NCBI GenBank assembly: GCA_030141605.1
Contig: JAQGDQ010000027.1
Coordinates: forward strand, 849,847-913,846
Direction of reading: 5' to 3'
From: Tubiluchus corallicola
Lineage: Eukaryota > Animalia > Priapulida
Length of the DNA: 64,000 bases
In this document: positions 26,901 through 45,410 of the stretch, one piece after another
Layout: every line of letters starts with the position of its first letter
Numbering within the stretch: position 1 is the stretch's first letter
Translations under genes and position numbers: made by a program
The notes under the pieces: model-generated
Told to the model about the DNA's origin: nothing
Seen by the model: only the letters and a program-made list of their open reading frames with translations
Database searches by the model: none

Positions 26901-29900
26901 TTTAAATGTATAACAAAACTGTCCACAATTTACTCAAACAACTCCAGCAAAATTGACTAAATACTTTTGCCTCACATCCATAAAATAAGTGGTGATCAAA
27001 GAGCTTTTGCACTTTTATGTCATCTTTACTTCGCTTTTGTGCACTATAATATGGGTAGAAACTAGAAGCAATCATTTGAAGTACAATTTTGTAAGCAGGT
27101 TTGTTTATCACATGCTTATATGTTAGCGTAGCGTCTTTGCTTGAATGTGCCACCGGTTCCTCTACTGTAATTAACCTCATTGCGAAACAATTTACGGTAG
27201 CTAAACTTTTAAATGCATGCCTAGGTGTTTCATTTTGAAGAGTTTGATGCTTTTCACAAAATGTTTAATCACTGTTGCTGTTATGCCACCGATTCATTTA
27301 CAGTAATCTGCCAGTATTCTTCGTGAGATTATAAACATAAAAATAATATAGCAATTATGAGAGCTTAGCATTAATTTTGAAAAATAAAGCACAAGTGTAA
27401 TTATTTGCATTAAATAGCTCTTACAGCCTTTTCAGTGCACACTAAGCTGGAGAGTGACGACTCATAGTTCTATACCAGTAATACTAACACCCTTTGGCTA
27501 ATAGATTCAGTTGGTTAATTGGGTTAAAACACTTCCATCCAGAAGCGAGTCTATTAAGCAGAGCCTACTGTATTTAAAATTTATTCATTCATTAGTTCAC
27601 AATATTAAGATTTTCCAAGGAACATCACAAATTTGTATCTTTTACGAAAAGAAAGTTTAAATTAGTCAGAAATTCAACAGCTGAATTCACCTCTACATGA
27701 ACGTCCATCTTCTTCAAGCTTGAATCCTTGATGGCACATGCAACGATAACTACCATAAGTGTTCACACAAAGGTGTTGACACGGCAGCCGTGTAGCTCCC
27801 AGAGTATCTTCACACTCATTCTCATCTGTTGAATAATGTAAAAACTTTATTCACTTTGTAGGTATCATATTTGGTGGATTCCTAGTCAAGTTATTTGTTT
27901 TCCTAATTGCAATTAATTAAATGCAATGAAAACAAATTGCTGAAAGAAAATAAATACACTAATGATTAAAGTAAGTATACACAAGAAGGGTTATATATAA
28001 TTAGCAGACATGCATAAAATGTAATACCTGTCAAATCAATAAGTATTTCCTAAATAAAAGTTAGTATACTGTAGATAATCAGTAACTAAAGTAGTATTTT
28101 AAGTTTAATTAATAAGAAATCTACCAGATATAATTAGCAGACACAGGTAAAACATGAAACGTAAAAAAATCAACAAGTACAGTTTAGTTAGAAATTACTA
28201 CATGTTGAAGGTAAAATAAATCTACATGTAATTCATACCAACACAGGATATGCCATTTTTATGCAGAAGAAAACCAGGATCGCATGTGCAAATATAACTT
28301 CCAGGTATGTTGTGACACCTGTGATGGCAAGGTGAAACAACTCCGCTGCACTCGTCAATGTCTGAATATAAAAATAAACATTATATACATTAGCTATCCA
28401 AGAATGCATACAAAAACCACTGCTGGAATGACGAAAAATTCTATAACAACAAATTAATCTCTATTTAGAAGTACATATATGTAGGGATTAAGTGTTGTGT
28501 AATTTTTCAAAGGGAATACACAAAAATGAAGTGAATTAACACATTAGTTTGGTTCAGTTAAGAAAATGTTTCCATCTTATAGAGGTAGTGTAGCATGCTC
28601 CTAGTCCTACCTCAAATAAAACAACTTTTCTGAAGATCCAAATAGTTTTTCTTAATTATCTACTTAATATGGATGGATGTGGTAGAACTGGAACCTACTT
28701 TTTACCAAAGGTAATCCCTTAAACTGGGACACTAAACCAGCTGAGATGTCTTAAACATGTTTGGATAAGAACCAGCCACAATGTTGGTAAACTTTGGTAA
28801 CTAAGCACATGCTCTAACCACTCGACTCAGAATCAGCCTCGGTGCTGCTTAACTTTGGTAGTTAAGTACATACTGTAACCACTCGGCTATGAACCAGCCT
28901 CAATGTTGCTCAACTTTGGTAACTAAGTACATACTGTAACCACATGTCTAAGAGCAAGCCACAAAATTGCTTAACTTTGGAAACTAAGCACATACAGTAA
29001 CCACACAGCTATTAACCAGTCTCAGTGCTGTTTAACTTTGGCACCTAAGGACATACTATAACCACTCAGCTATATCCTCAGTCAGAAAATTAGTTTTTTG
29101 AGCTGTTTATGGGCTCCAATTTTTTAACAAGAACTGAGTGAGTTCCAAGAAGACCCAGTGCCACAATTCTAGACCTCCAACAAAGCTAGAATGTATTTAT
29201 ATAACTACATACACATTGTTATGACTTCCTATGCATTTATCCACATATAGGCCTATCTATCTACTGCATGCATAGCAAAATTAATAACTGTTATATCTAA
29301 ATTTTAACAAACTCATTTACCCTTCAAGCTGAAAGATACAAACAAATTAGTGCAGAGAATGACATCAACTCATTGCAAAAAATTTTTCCCATATCTTCTA
29401 AAAAATAAAGTTAATGAAAAAGAACTTCCTATAGAAAATGATTAGACTTAAACTTACCATAACAGACTTCATCTCGTTTATTATACCAGTACCCTCCTGG
29501 ACAGTGGTCATTTGGTGCTTCTTTGCCGGTGTGACTATATCCTAGAACATCTACCTGAGTGGAATTATCAAACTTTTCCTTCAATTCTGCTATTTTAGCT
29601 GTTATTTTTCTCGTCTTTCCTTGCGTACAAGAAGAGCTCTTGCTGCCATCGGTGCATAAGCAAAGATCTGGAGCAATGCATCGGCCACCTCTGCAGTCTT
29701 GCTTACAAATAGCTACATCATTAAGACAAAACAGATTACAAACAAGAAAAAACACAAATGAATTGCCACAAACAAAGAAGAGGAAAAGTATTCACAACAC
29801 TTGAAAAAGTAATCTTGAACCCCAATTAATCTAGACAGAAAATAATCTATTCGCTCTGTACTTTAGAAATGCTGATCTGAAAACAGTCACACAGGAAGAA

Positions 29901-30172
29901 AAACCACATGCAGGTACTGGACTTTCTGTGACTGCCAGCCGCAGGTGCCACAAGACGTTCTACACAGCCAGGATCCAGATATATTTTGTAAAATGCAAAT
30001 ACGATATGTATACTACCTATGCCTTCAGCTACGCTGAAATAATCCCGCATTTTTCATGTCAAGCTGGCAACATAAATAGTTACTCTTCTGGTAAATTCGG
30101 CAAAAACAAAAGCTAATTTAATTTAGGATCTGACTTAAGTTCCAAAAATTTACAGGTTGCTTTATATATATT

Positions 30173-30205
<33 letters not shown>

Positions 30206-33200
30206 GCAACGTCGTGTCAATAACAAATGTGAAAAGCCTTTTCCTGCAACTTATTACACGAAAATTAAGTGGGCCTGGGCTACGTGCCAGTAATCCTACA
30301 AGATATCGTCATCATCACCTGCGAGTTGCTGTTCCGTGTAAGTTCTCCGGTTGCAGCTTAATTAACGTTTTATCATTTGATGAATTGCACGAAAATAAAA
30401 CTTACGTGTAGAACACAAGGCTGAATCATCACCAACAGAGTGAGTCCAGCCAGGGCAGCAATAGAAGGATGAACGGAAACTGCATACATGAGGACCCCTG
30501 CAAAGTAAAAAGCATTTCGTAAATACTAGTGTAATGATGTATAAATGATGATGGTGATAATACCTCAGTCACATGCAATAACAACAACAAAAACAATCTT
30601 CTGAAACAACCAATCAGAATCGCGAATTACAACTAATAATTGAATGTTAGATTATGACAAAGAACAATGACCTGAAATAGACTGACCCGGGTAATAAAGC
30701 CTTGGAAGACAATTCGGATCAACCAAAAGGTCTTAACTTAGCATGGCCCATAATTTGTATTTTTTTAATTTTATTACATCTATGATCATGTTAGATAGTG
30801 TGGTACAGAACTTTCGTTTTCATTCACTTCCCTATAAGAAATGCAGCATTTCATGGTGTCTAATTACAGTCACACAATCATTATTATATTAGTCATAAAT
30901 ACTAAAAAATGTTGTAAAGTAAATAATAGACTGAACAATATTGCTCCTTCAGCTACTGAAACAGCATTTACTGGTGTTTCAACTATACCATCTACTTTTG
31001 CAGCATTTTTGCTAACAAAGTTTTCAACGTAGTTACATGTATGTAAATTTGTCAACTGTATGAAAAAATAAATTGTTGTTAATACCAAAAACACGTATGT
31101 TTACTCTTGTCGCTTTGTGGATGCTATTTTTTGATTATGGTTACATCATCAATTACCATCGTCATTACCATCAATATCATCATTAGTTTCATCCTCATGG
31201 TTGTAATCACCATTACCACCCCGATTGATCATCAATACCATCACCATTTTCACCGTCATCTCCTTGCTTTTTCTTCTTGATCTTGTTTTTCTTGCTTTTT
31301 TGTTCAAATTCTTCTGCTGTTCTTACACTTCTTCTTTTTGTTTGCCTGTCGTTTTTCTCTGTTGTTGTTTTATGTTTCTTATTTATATTCTCTTTTTCTT
31401 GTTCTTCTTGCTGCTGTCATTCTGCTTGTTCTTGTTCCTCTTCCATATTTGTAGTCCACATCATCATTATTGCCATCACCATCTTATTCTTTTTGTTCTT
31501 GTTCCTTTTCCATATTTGTAATCCACATCATCATTATTACCATCACCATCTTGTTTTTTTGTTCTTGTACTTTGTGCTTCTCTCTGTTCTTGTACTGCTT
31601 GCCTTGTTCCTCTTGTTGTTCTTCTCCTTACTTATCTACTTACCTTTTCTTCCTGCTGTTATTGTTGTTCGTGGTGGCAGCAATACATGGCCACCACAAT
31701 GGTGCTGCAGTACAGAGTGATACAGTTCACCGCAAGACAGTACAAGGTGTGCATCCAGTAATCATTGTCGAGTTGCAGCTCACTCTACTACTAAACAGCT
31801 GTGTGACATCATCTAGTGCATGTGAACACAGAAGTACACAAGTCTTACTTTTTGCTGCTTCCCAATATTTTTTACCTGGAAATTCCTAGACGCAAAATAT
31901 TGCTCATAATTACAAATATTATTATTTTTTACTTAAGCCTATTATGGTTTGTGTTGTGGTCTGATGGGCATGCTATTATCAAGTGACGTGCCATGTACAT
32001 CGTATGGCGTGAGTTGTCGTTGAAGGTTTAGAAGCAGAATTGGTGTCTGGCCAGTAATTTACTATTGATTCGCGATTATAATTCCAAGCTTCATACAAAA
32101 AAGGTTATAAGGCACACATAGCAAGTCTAGTTAATTTGTTGCCCACATTTTGGCGGAAATGCGAATGCGCGAATATTCAATTTTCACAGTTCACACTCAA
32201 TCCGCGGATTTTATGGATGCGGATATTTACAGTTACGGATTTTGCGGTTATGGATAAACGAGAATGTGATAATCGCCCACCTCTGTTCTAGATATTAAGA
32301 AATTAACTATTCAACCAATCCTGAAGTTTACTATTAGTGCACTTCCCACGCCAACACATATGTAATCGACGTAACTAATCGATGTGCTATGCACACGGCA
32401 CTGACAGCGTACATTTCAAATCAAGTGATCCTCATCAAATTAGTATAATAATTGAATGCTGAACGTCGATGCCAAATTGCCAATATTTTGAAAAAAAACG
32501 TCAAGAACTGTTCCATATGTTCGGGTAACTATGTGGTCATGGTTGTGCTCAGCATAAGTGAACAATATCTAGCCTGTTCACTGTGGTCAGCCAAGACAAC
32601 TGCTTTGGTAGTTTAATCAGTCGTTACTCCTCTAGATAATTTGTCCCGTTCAGCAAACTTATATTTCCGTCTACACATACCTAAGGCACTAATCTTTATC
32701 CGAAATCCCTGGTTCAAATCCATGTGCAACCTTTTTTCACATTTCTGTCCGTTTGGAAAAGTTTAGTTTTAAACATTCAATAAATTCTAGTTCTTTCAAC
32801 TACAACTAGCGAGATTCCTTAAAATTAAAATTAACGATCGTTATCAATTATATTAATAAAATAACCACAATTGTTGTTATCCGTTGGTGAGCTATATTAC
32901 TAATTAAAGACTTACCACGATCAAAGCGAGAGACCAGGTGGTTATAGTGGTTAATGTCACTAAAATTGCAATCCGAGGATTTCTAGTTCAAATTTAAATC
33001 CAAAACAAACCCAACTTTGTCATTGTTCTTTCGTTTTAGTCAAATTTGATTTTAGGAATTCAACTGTTGAGTATTCATCTCAACAATAAAATAAAAAATC
33101 TTGAAATTAAGATCAATTAAATTACCCTTACGACTTTTACTGGCTGTAATATACAATCCAAGTGAATTGGAACTTATAAACAATTAAATTTGAATAAGCT

Positions 33201-34253
33201 AAGAATCGAAGCCATTCAGCTAGCCAGACCAACCTCACTGCCTTATAATTATGTGCACTAAAGCTATTTGCAGCAACAAAAATAAAATTTGAAGGCGGAG
33301 GAAGCGGCGGCAACTGTTGCCGTTACTACTGTTGCAGACGTTGTTCTTGCTGCTATTGCTGTTGTTATCAGAGTTTGAGTTAGGAAATCAGATGCTCCGT
33401 CACTTATTTAATCAATGCATCTACAGCCATTAAATAAAAATTAACGATAGTTAACATAATTAATGTTGTGCCAGGTATTCTATATCAATCGGTAAGTTAG
33501 TCAGTTGGTAGGCCATACAGTTGGTACAGCCACTCAGTCAGTATACGTCATTGACCTGAGCAAACTGTGATAAATCAGGCAATTAAAAATGAGCGAGACA
33601 GCCAGTTGGCTGTATATTTGTCAATTATTAGCTAAATATAGCCAGTTAGCCAGAAGCTTTGAAGTTTCATTCCATTAAGGAATTATTTTTCAGTCTATTA
33701 GTTAGTCAGGAACTAAGTCGGCCAGTTTGTCGTTCATTCATGATTCAACTAGTGCTTACAGTTAGGTAAATAGTACAAATAAGCCATGTAGCCACTTCAA
33801 TTCTCAGCGAACGTCCGTTTTAGACAGTAAATTGGTCAGTCAGCACGATGCAATTTGTGGAAAGGTTATTGGATAGACCAAGACCAAAACATAAGAAAAC
33901 ACGCTCTTGAACTCGAAATCCCTCTAAAAAGAAAAACTCACATATTCTATTATGTTCATTAATACAGAAATCCAAGTTGAAACAATAAGAGAACAAACAA
34001 AAACAACCGACCATTTGTAAGCTAAGCTGACGTGCTTCAAGTAACATGTTGGTTTTCAATCAATAAAAACTGCCAAATTAATTAAGATAAATTCCAAACG
34101 TCATTAAATCATTCAATGCGCGAAAAGGAAAACTCACCGTAGCGCTGGTTGGTCGATTTCGCTAGCTTCTACAAAACGTTGCACATAAACGTAAACAGTA
34201 AACGCAAGAACATAGCCAGCAAATATATGAAACTCTTCCTGGCACTTCATCAT
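67..34253 (-). CDS. Secreted multidomain VWCE/Kielin/Crossveinless-2-like protein (EGF x11, FN3, vWC x10, Ig, Fz-CRD, vWD, C8), ~2264 aa, 30 exons
   Basis: Exons in transcription order: 34138-34253, 30406-30497, 29458-29712, 28239-28361, 27691-27825, 26169-26285, 25316-25441, 24977-25111, 24323-24661, 23691-23786, 21016-21171, 20726-20843, 19024-20123, 17245-17327, 16470-17063, 15918-16094, 14836-14926, 13769-14059, 11909-12448, 11084-11181, 9578-9700, 8637-8813, 7252-7425, 6424-6600, 5830-6027, 5234-5333, 3849-3994, 2353-2933, 1302-1428, 67-276. All have GT-AG boundaries with compatible phases; total 6795 nt ending TAA. Exon 1 [30 protein letters not shown] is signal-peptide-like. GPHVC..CCPGW..PIC..CIAPDLC matches the VWCE/fibrillin-type N-terminus. 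Confidence 0.85.
4160..4397. mobile_element. Tigger/pogo-like MITE (family A, copy 1)
   Basis: Starts CAGGTAGTCATCGACTTACGAC; homologous to 12900-13186 in the opposite orientation (shared CTATGCAACTTACRACTGTTC). Confidence 0.6.
7502..8230 (-). mobile_element. Internally deleted Tc1/mariner element
   Basis: The minus strand encodes a decayed transposase C-terminus ([35 protein letters not shown]). Imperfect TIRs CAGGTGGCACAAAAA / CAGATGGTCCAGAAAAA. Confidence 0.6.
9790..10473 (+). mobile_element. 5'-truncated non-LTR retrotransposon 3' end (RTE-X-like)
   Basis: [31 protein letters not shown] / LFKAYC..Y..LW..LKVAYN is a frameshifted RT C-terminal region, followed by AATAAA and a (TCAA)n tail at ~10452-10473. 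The 5' boundary is approximate. Confidence 0.75.
11471..11765. mobile_element. PIF/Harbinger-like MITE
   Basis: Imperfect TIRs AGGCACATTCAGATTGGAG / CTCCAGTGTGAACACAGCT flanked by TAA/TTA; internal TTCACACTAG repeats. Confidence 0.4.
11909..12448 (-). CDS. Frizzled-like cysteine-rich domain (ROR/MuSK-type CRD) exon
   Basis: [56 protein letters not shown] has 10 Cys in ROR-CRD spacing; 540 nt, phase 1-1. Confidence 0.9.
12900..13186. mobile_element. Tigger/pogo-like MITE (family A, copy 2)
   Basis: TIRs CAGGTAGTCGTCGAC..GTCGATAACTACCTG followed by TA. Confidence 0.65.
13769..14059 (-). CDS. Ig I-set domain exon, ROR-type
   Basis: [55 protein letters not shown]; 291 nt, phase 1-1. Confidence 0.9.
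14100..14400. mobile_element. PIF/Harbinger-like MITE
   Basis: Imperfect TIRs GGCGCGTTCTGACTA / TAGTCTGTATGTGCC; resembles 11471-11765. Confidence 0.35.
17981..18913. mobile_element. Tigger/pogo-like non-autonomous DNA transposon (family B, copy 1)
   Basis: TIRs CAGTAGGCGC(CGC)TTAATAGACTCAC..GTGAGTCTATTAAGCGCCTACTG with subterminal repeats; homologous to 26829-27570. Confidence 0.8.
19024..20843 (-). CDS. FN3 domain and ~300 aa Ser/Thr/acidic linker (exons 12-13)
   Basis: [52 protein letters not shown] fits the FN3 consensus. The 1100-nt exon ends at GCTG|gtaagt. Confidence 0.8.
21016..30497 (-). CDS. N-terminal Cys-rich module and EGF array (exons 2-11) of the mosaic gene
   Basis: Exons 3-11 are phase 1-1. 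Seven calcium-binding EGFs (DIDEC, DENEC x2, DVNEC x2, DKNEC, DYDEC, each with C-x-N-x-x-G-x-Y/F-x-C) plus plain EGFs (CQNGGTC, CMNGGEC, CFGGMC). Confidence 0.9.
21463..21692. mobile_element. piggyBac-like MITE
   Basis: TTAA|CCCTTTTACTACG..CGTAGTGAAAGGG|TTAA. A second decayed end (GTAGTGAAAGG) lies just left of it. Confidence 0.8.
22173..23577. mobile_element. Two inverted Kolobok-like MITEs sharing one TTAA (large imperfect palindrome)
   Basis: Arms 22173-22764 and 22769-23577 are reverse-complement homologs; termini AGGAAGACAGG / AGGAAAACTGG; central TTAA at 22765-22768. Confidence 0.7.
23314..23487 (+). mobile_element. Penelope-like/retrozyme insertion with degenerate hammerhead ribozyme
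   Basis: Flanked by a 15-bp direct repeat AAAGGCCTTGGCATT (23299-23313, 23488-23502); contains CTGATGA-CAGCAGACTGCTGTC-GAAAC (23400-23426). Confidence 0.6.
26829..27570. mobile_element. Tigger/pogo-like non-autonomous DNA transposon (family B, copy 2)
   Basis: TA|CAGTA..GAGTCTATTAAGCAGAGCCTACTG|TA; internal sequence homologous to 17981-18913. Confidence 0.75.
28770..29073. repeat. Tandem repeat, 61-bp unit x5
   Basis: Unit approximately AACCAGCCTCAATGTTGCTTAACTTTGGTAACTAAGTACATACTGTAACCACTCGGCTATG. Confidence 0.9.
31140..31670. repeat. Decayed mixed trinucleotide low-complexity region with a ~66-bp internal duplication
   Basis: (CAT/CAC)n and (TTG/TTC)n tracts; TTCCATATTTGTARTCCACATCATCATTATTRCCATCACCATCTT occurs twice. 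Confidence 0.7.
32152..32285 (-). mobile_element. hAT-like terminal fragment
   Basis: Minus strand begins CAGAGGTGGGCGATTAT with several CGGAT/ATCCG subterminal motifs; partner end not found. Confidence 0.35.
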
Positions 34254-36668
34254 AGAGTAACACAGATACAACTGTCACAGAGAAAAATGCATGCTTAACA
34301 CCAAACAGTTACACAGAATAAAATATTCACTTGACAATGATATCGAACTCTAACACACGATAAAATTAATAATAAGGACCATGAACTGATACAGCTCCTT
34401 ATGCCTTGGCACTAAGTTAGCAACACTCAAAGAGCAAACGTTGACAGCAGGAGAAATGCGCAAAGTCGGATGCTGCTACTGGAACAGCGATAGCAATAAA
34501 GCTTTACTCATTTCAACCAGATGTTAAACATACCAAAGAATAGCATCTGGGTGTGCCCATGTAGAACTATCAAAGCCAACTGCACAATAATTTGCACATG
34601 TGTTACAGAAATGTGATATCCAGATAAACAGCGCCGTTGTCTGCCCTCAACATGCCCGCCGTCTGACTTATGCAAACATAACGCCCCTAACATAATACGT
34701 AGTATGCGTTTAAAAATTATTAATTTTTAAAAACCATGAAGCCATATTCACATTGCACTAAGCACACGGACACTGTTTTATTAATACGATTTTTTTAAAA
34801 ACTTAATTATTAGATATTAAGCTAAAGAACGCACGACTGCATCAGAAATCTTCTTTATTCATAAGCATGATTATACATGTACATTAATTACTTTCGTTGA
34901 ACGCCGTTGAATAGCCTAAAAATCGTCATACAATGGCGTTACGTTTTCATTTTTCACCTTTCTTGTGTGAAACATTTGAGAAGACTAATCAAACAAGTAA
35001 ACCCAATAGTCTAAAAATATTGCATTGATGTTTGTGATTAATAAATTGTTATCGTATCGACGATTGATTGCATAGTATGAGCTGCACAGATTGTAGATCT
35101 ATGGTACTGTATCGTAGTGTATTGGTTTAAACTGATTCAATTGTATTAATTGCATTGTATTGAATAAAGACTGCATAAAATGGGAAACAATTTTGCAAAA
35201 CCAATGTACATTGTAAACCTATTGTAAACCTCGCTGAAACAATTTAATTAATCAACGAGTCTTAATTGTGCGATTAGCTTTCGTTTGTTTTGTTCTACGC
35301 ACTATTGAAACTTTAGTTCAGTCAGTATTTTCACGCGCTTTTTGAACAACGCTATTACCAAAAATCAGTTTTTTGGCTACGATAAAATAATTACTAGCAT
35401 GTTAATTAACTGTCTCATCGTTTTAGCATATGTCTACTGTTATTCAGTATAATGGTGAAATAATAAAGGCATTCTAGTCTATTTATCTTGTTGTTAATCT
35501 TGGTAATGCACATGTTCATTTAACGTGGAATTAATGTTTTTGCTTATTTTCACATGATAAAAACGTGGAAGCAAACATGTACATCAAGTTCGGTGTGATT
35601 TCAAATTACAAGCAGTCTTTCCCACCATGGCATTCTTCGCTTCATTAATTTCACATGTGACACTGACTCAACATTAACGACTTCATATTCACATGTTTTC
35701 ATATGTAGGCATATTAATTCGACATGACATTCTGGCATTTGCCATCGCATGCACATTCCCATATAAATGCAAATACAATTACTCTCCTGAGAAGTAGTGA
35801 CACTACCACTGCAATTACTGTTTTTCAAAAAAGAAGCTGTTGGAACTAAAATTATTACTGCATGTAAGTAGTACCAAAGCTTATGAATTACCTCTACTCC
35901 CGTTTTGCAACGACTTCTGGCTTCATTAATGTAATGCACTGAAAACGTGGGTAATGCGTTAAAAGTGCCTCTAAATAGTGAAAATATATAAAAATTATTA
36001 AATTATTAAGTGGCAGCGAAAGAAATCCGAGTACAAACACAATTACAAAATTGTATCAAGGTTGTCACTAAGCAATTTTTTATGATTTTAAACAGACACT
36101 TGCAAATCATTCATACATTGTCAACCTCAGACGCTCAATGAGCCTCAGACACTAACTATCAAGAGGTAAATGTAGTGTTGTACTGCCGTTACAACCCTAC
36201 TTAAAAATAGTGAATTACAATTTTCTGCTATTCATTTTCCATGTAGCGTCGCTATATGTAATGGTACCACAGTAGTGGCGCTTAATACCAAACATTTTAT
36301 ATACCTACTGAAAGTTATAAAGTGTGACTTATAGTGTAAATTCTTTATAACTTAATGACATCATAATCTGTTGAACTAACTGTGACTTCATATGCATGCA
36401 CTGGTAAGATCTAAAATTAAACTTAATACTAGTAATTATGACATCTTTAATATGATCAATAAATTGTTCTGCATGTCTACCTGTTGTTTTTGCACCCTCT
36501 CGGCAAAAGGTTATAATTATTAATGTTACACTCTGTAAAAGTTTAAATACTCTTGGCAGTTGAAAAATTTAAATAAATGCTGACATGCGGAAGCTGTCGT
36601 GATGCTTTACCAACACTATAATCTATACGGTGCGTTAATTTATAAAAATTTAAATAAATAAACGCAAA

Positions 36669-44339
<7,671 letters not shown>

Positions 44340-45410
44340 CACTTTACTACAGGTTTTCACTTGACAAAAGTCAATTTTGGTTGTAGTAAGTAAAATATTG
44401 AACACTTTTTAGAAATGTTCATTTCTAGTTACCTTTGAACATGTATTGTAAAATAGTCATTTATGTAAATGATTGTATAGATATCAATTTTCAGATAGTC
44501 ATTCTTTTCTATAATTACTTCATAAAATCTGTATGTTAAGTGCACGTTAAATTGACTACTAAATTTTGAAATACATTTACAGTTTTCATTGAAAATGCTG
44601 TAAATGATTGTATAAATTTTAAATATTCCTTTATGATATATTTTGTAAAATCTGTATAAGTGCTTGTTGAGTTAGCCATTAAATTTTGAAATAGAATTGC
44701 AAGGTTTTACTTCGTTCCTGCAGAGGTAGAATAAATCATCGGAATTATCAACATTTAAGCAAGAGTAGCTCATTATTATCAGTAATTTTTAGCCAGCTGA
44801 AAAGCTAAAATTGTTTCTTGAGTCAGACTGCATGCACACATTCAAAATTACCAATGCTTACTTACTGTGTATCATTTGTAACACATAGAAAGTCGTTTCC
44901 TGCTTAGACTAGTGTAATTATCATAATACATTCAAAATGCTGTGATTTTAATGATCAACTGTGCCACATTGCTGTTATTTTTCTAGAAACGCAAGTGTAA
45001 AATTGATAGCTTTTTGTTTAAAATTTGTTATAAGTGTAAATAATTACATGTAGTCATGCAAATTATTTATGTTGGAAACTTCTAATAAAAACGTTAAATC
45101 TACAAATACATGTATAATGGAACTGTAATTCTTGTTGTTTACATAGTTATTGGAAAATGTCGGTATATTAGTGCATTTCCATTCTACCTACAATCCAGAA
45201 AATATCAGTTTTTTTTTTTCAAAATACACTCACTGTTTTATTTGCATCACACCATCACGAGAGTGAGCGAATATGAACCACAAACCCAAAAGTTAAGGTG
45301 AAGATTATTGTTTCGAAACTTTACCATAACATTTTTACACAGGTTTCAGTAGTTTAATACCTAGAACCTTGAAACACTATTCACGCAGTTAATAGATGTT
45401 CATGATAATG

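Noticed and set aside
28770-29073. CRISPR-like periodic array
   Set aside because: The whole 61-bp unit repeats with no unique spacers; eukaryotic intron, no cas genes.
31225-31889. Hydrophobic plus-strand ORFs and an E/Q/K/D-rich minus-strand reading
   Set aside because: Low-complexity repeat; stops interrupt the minus-strand readings I traced, and exon 1 splices to exon 2 in phase without it.
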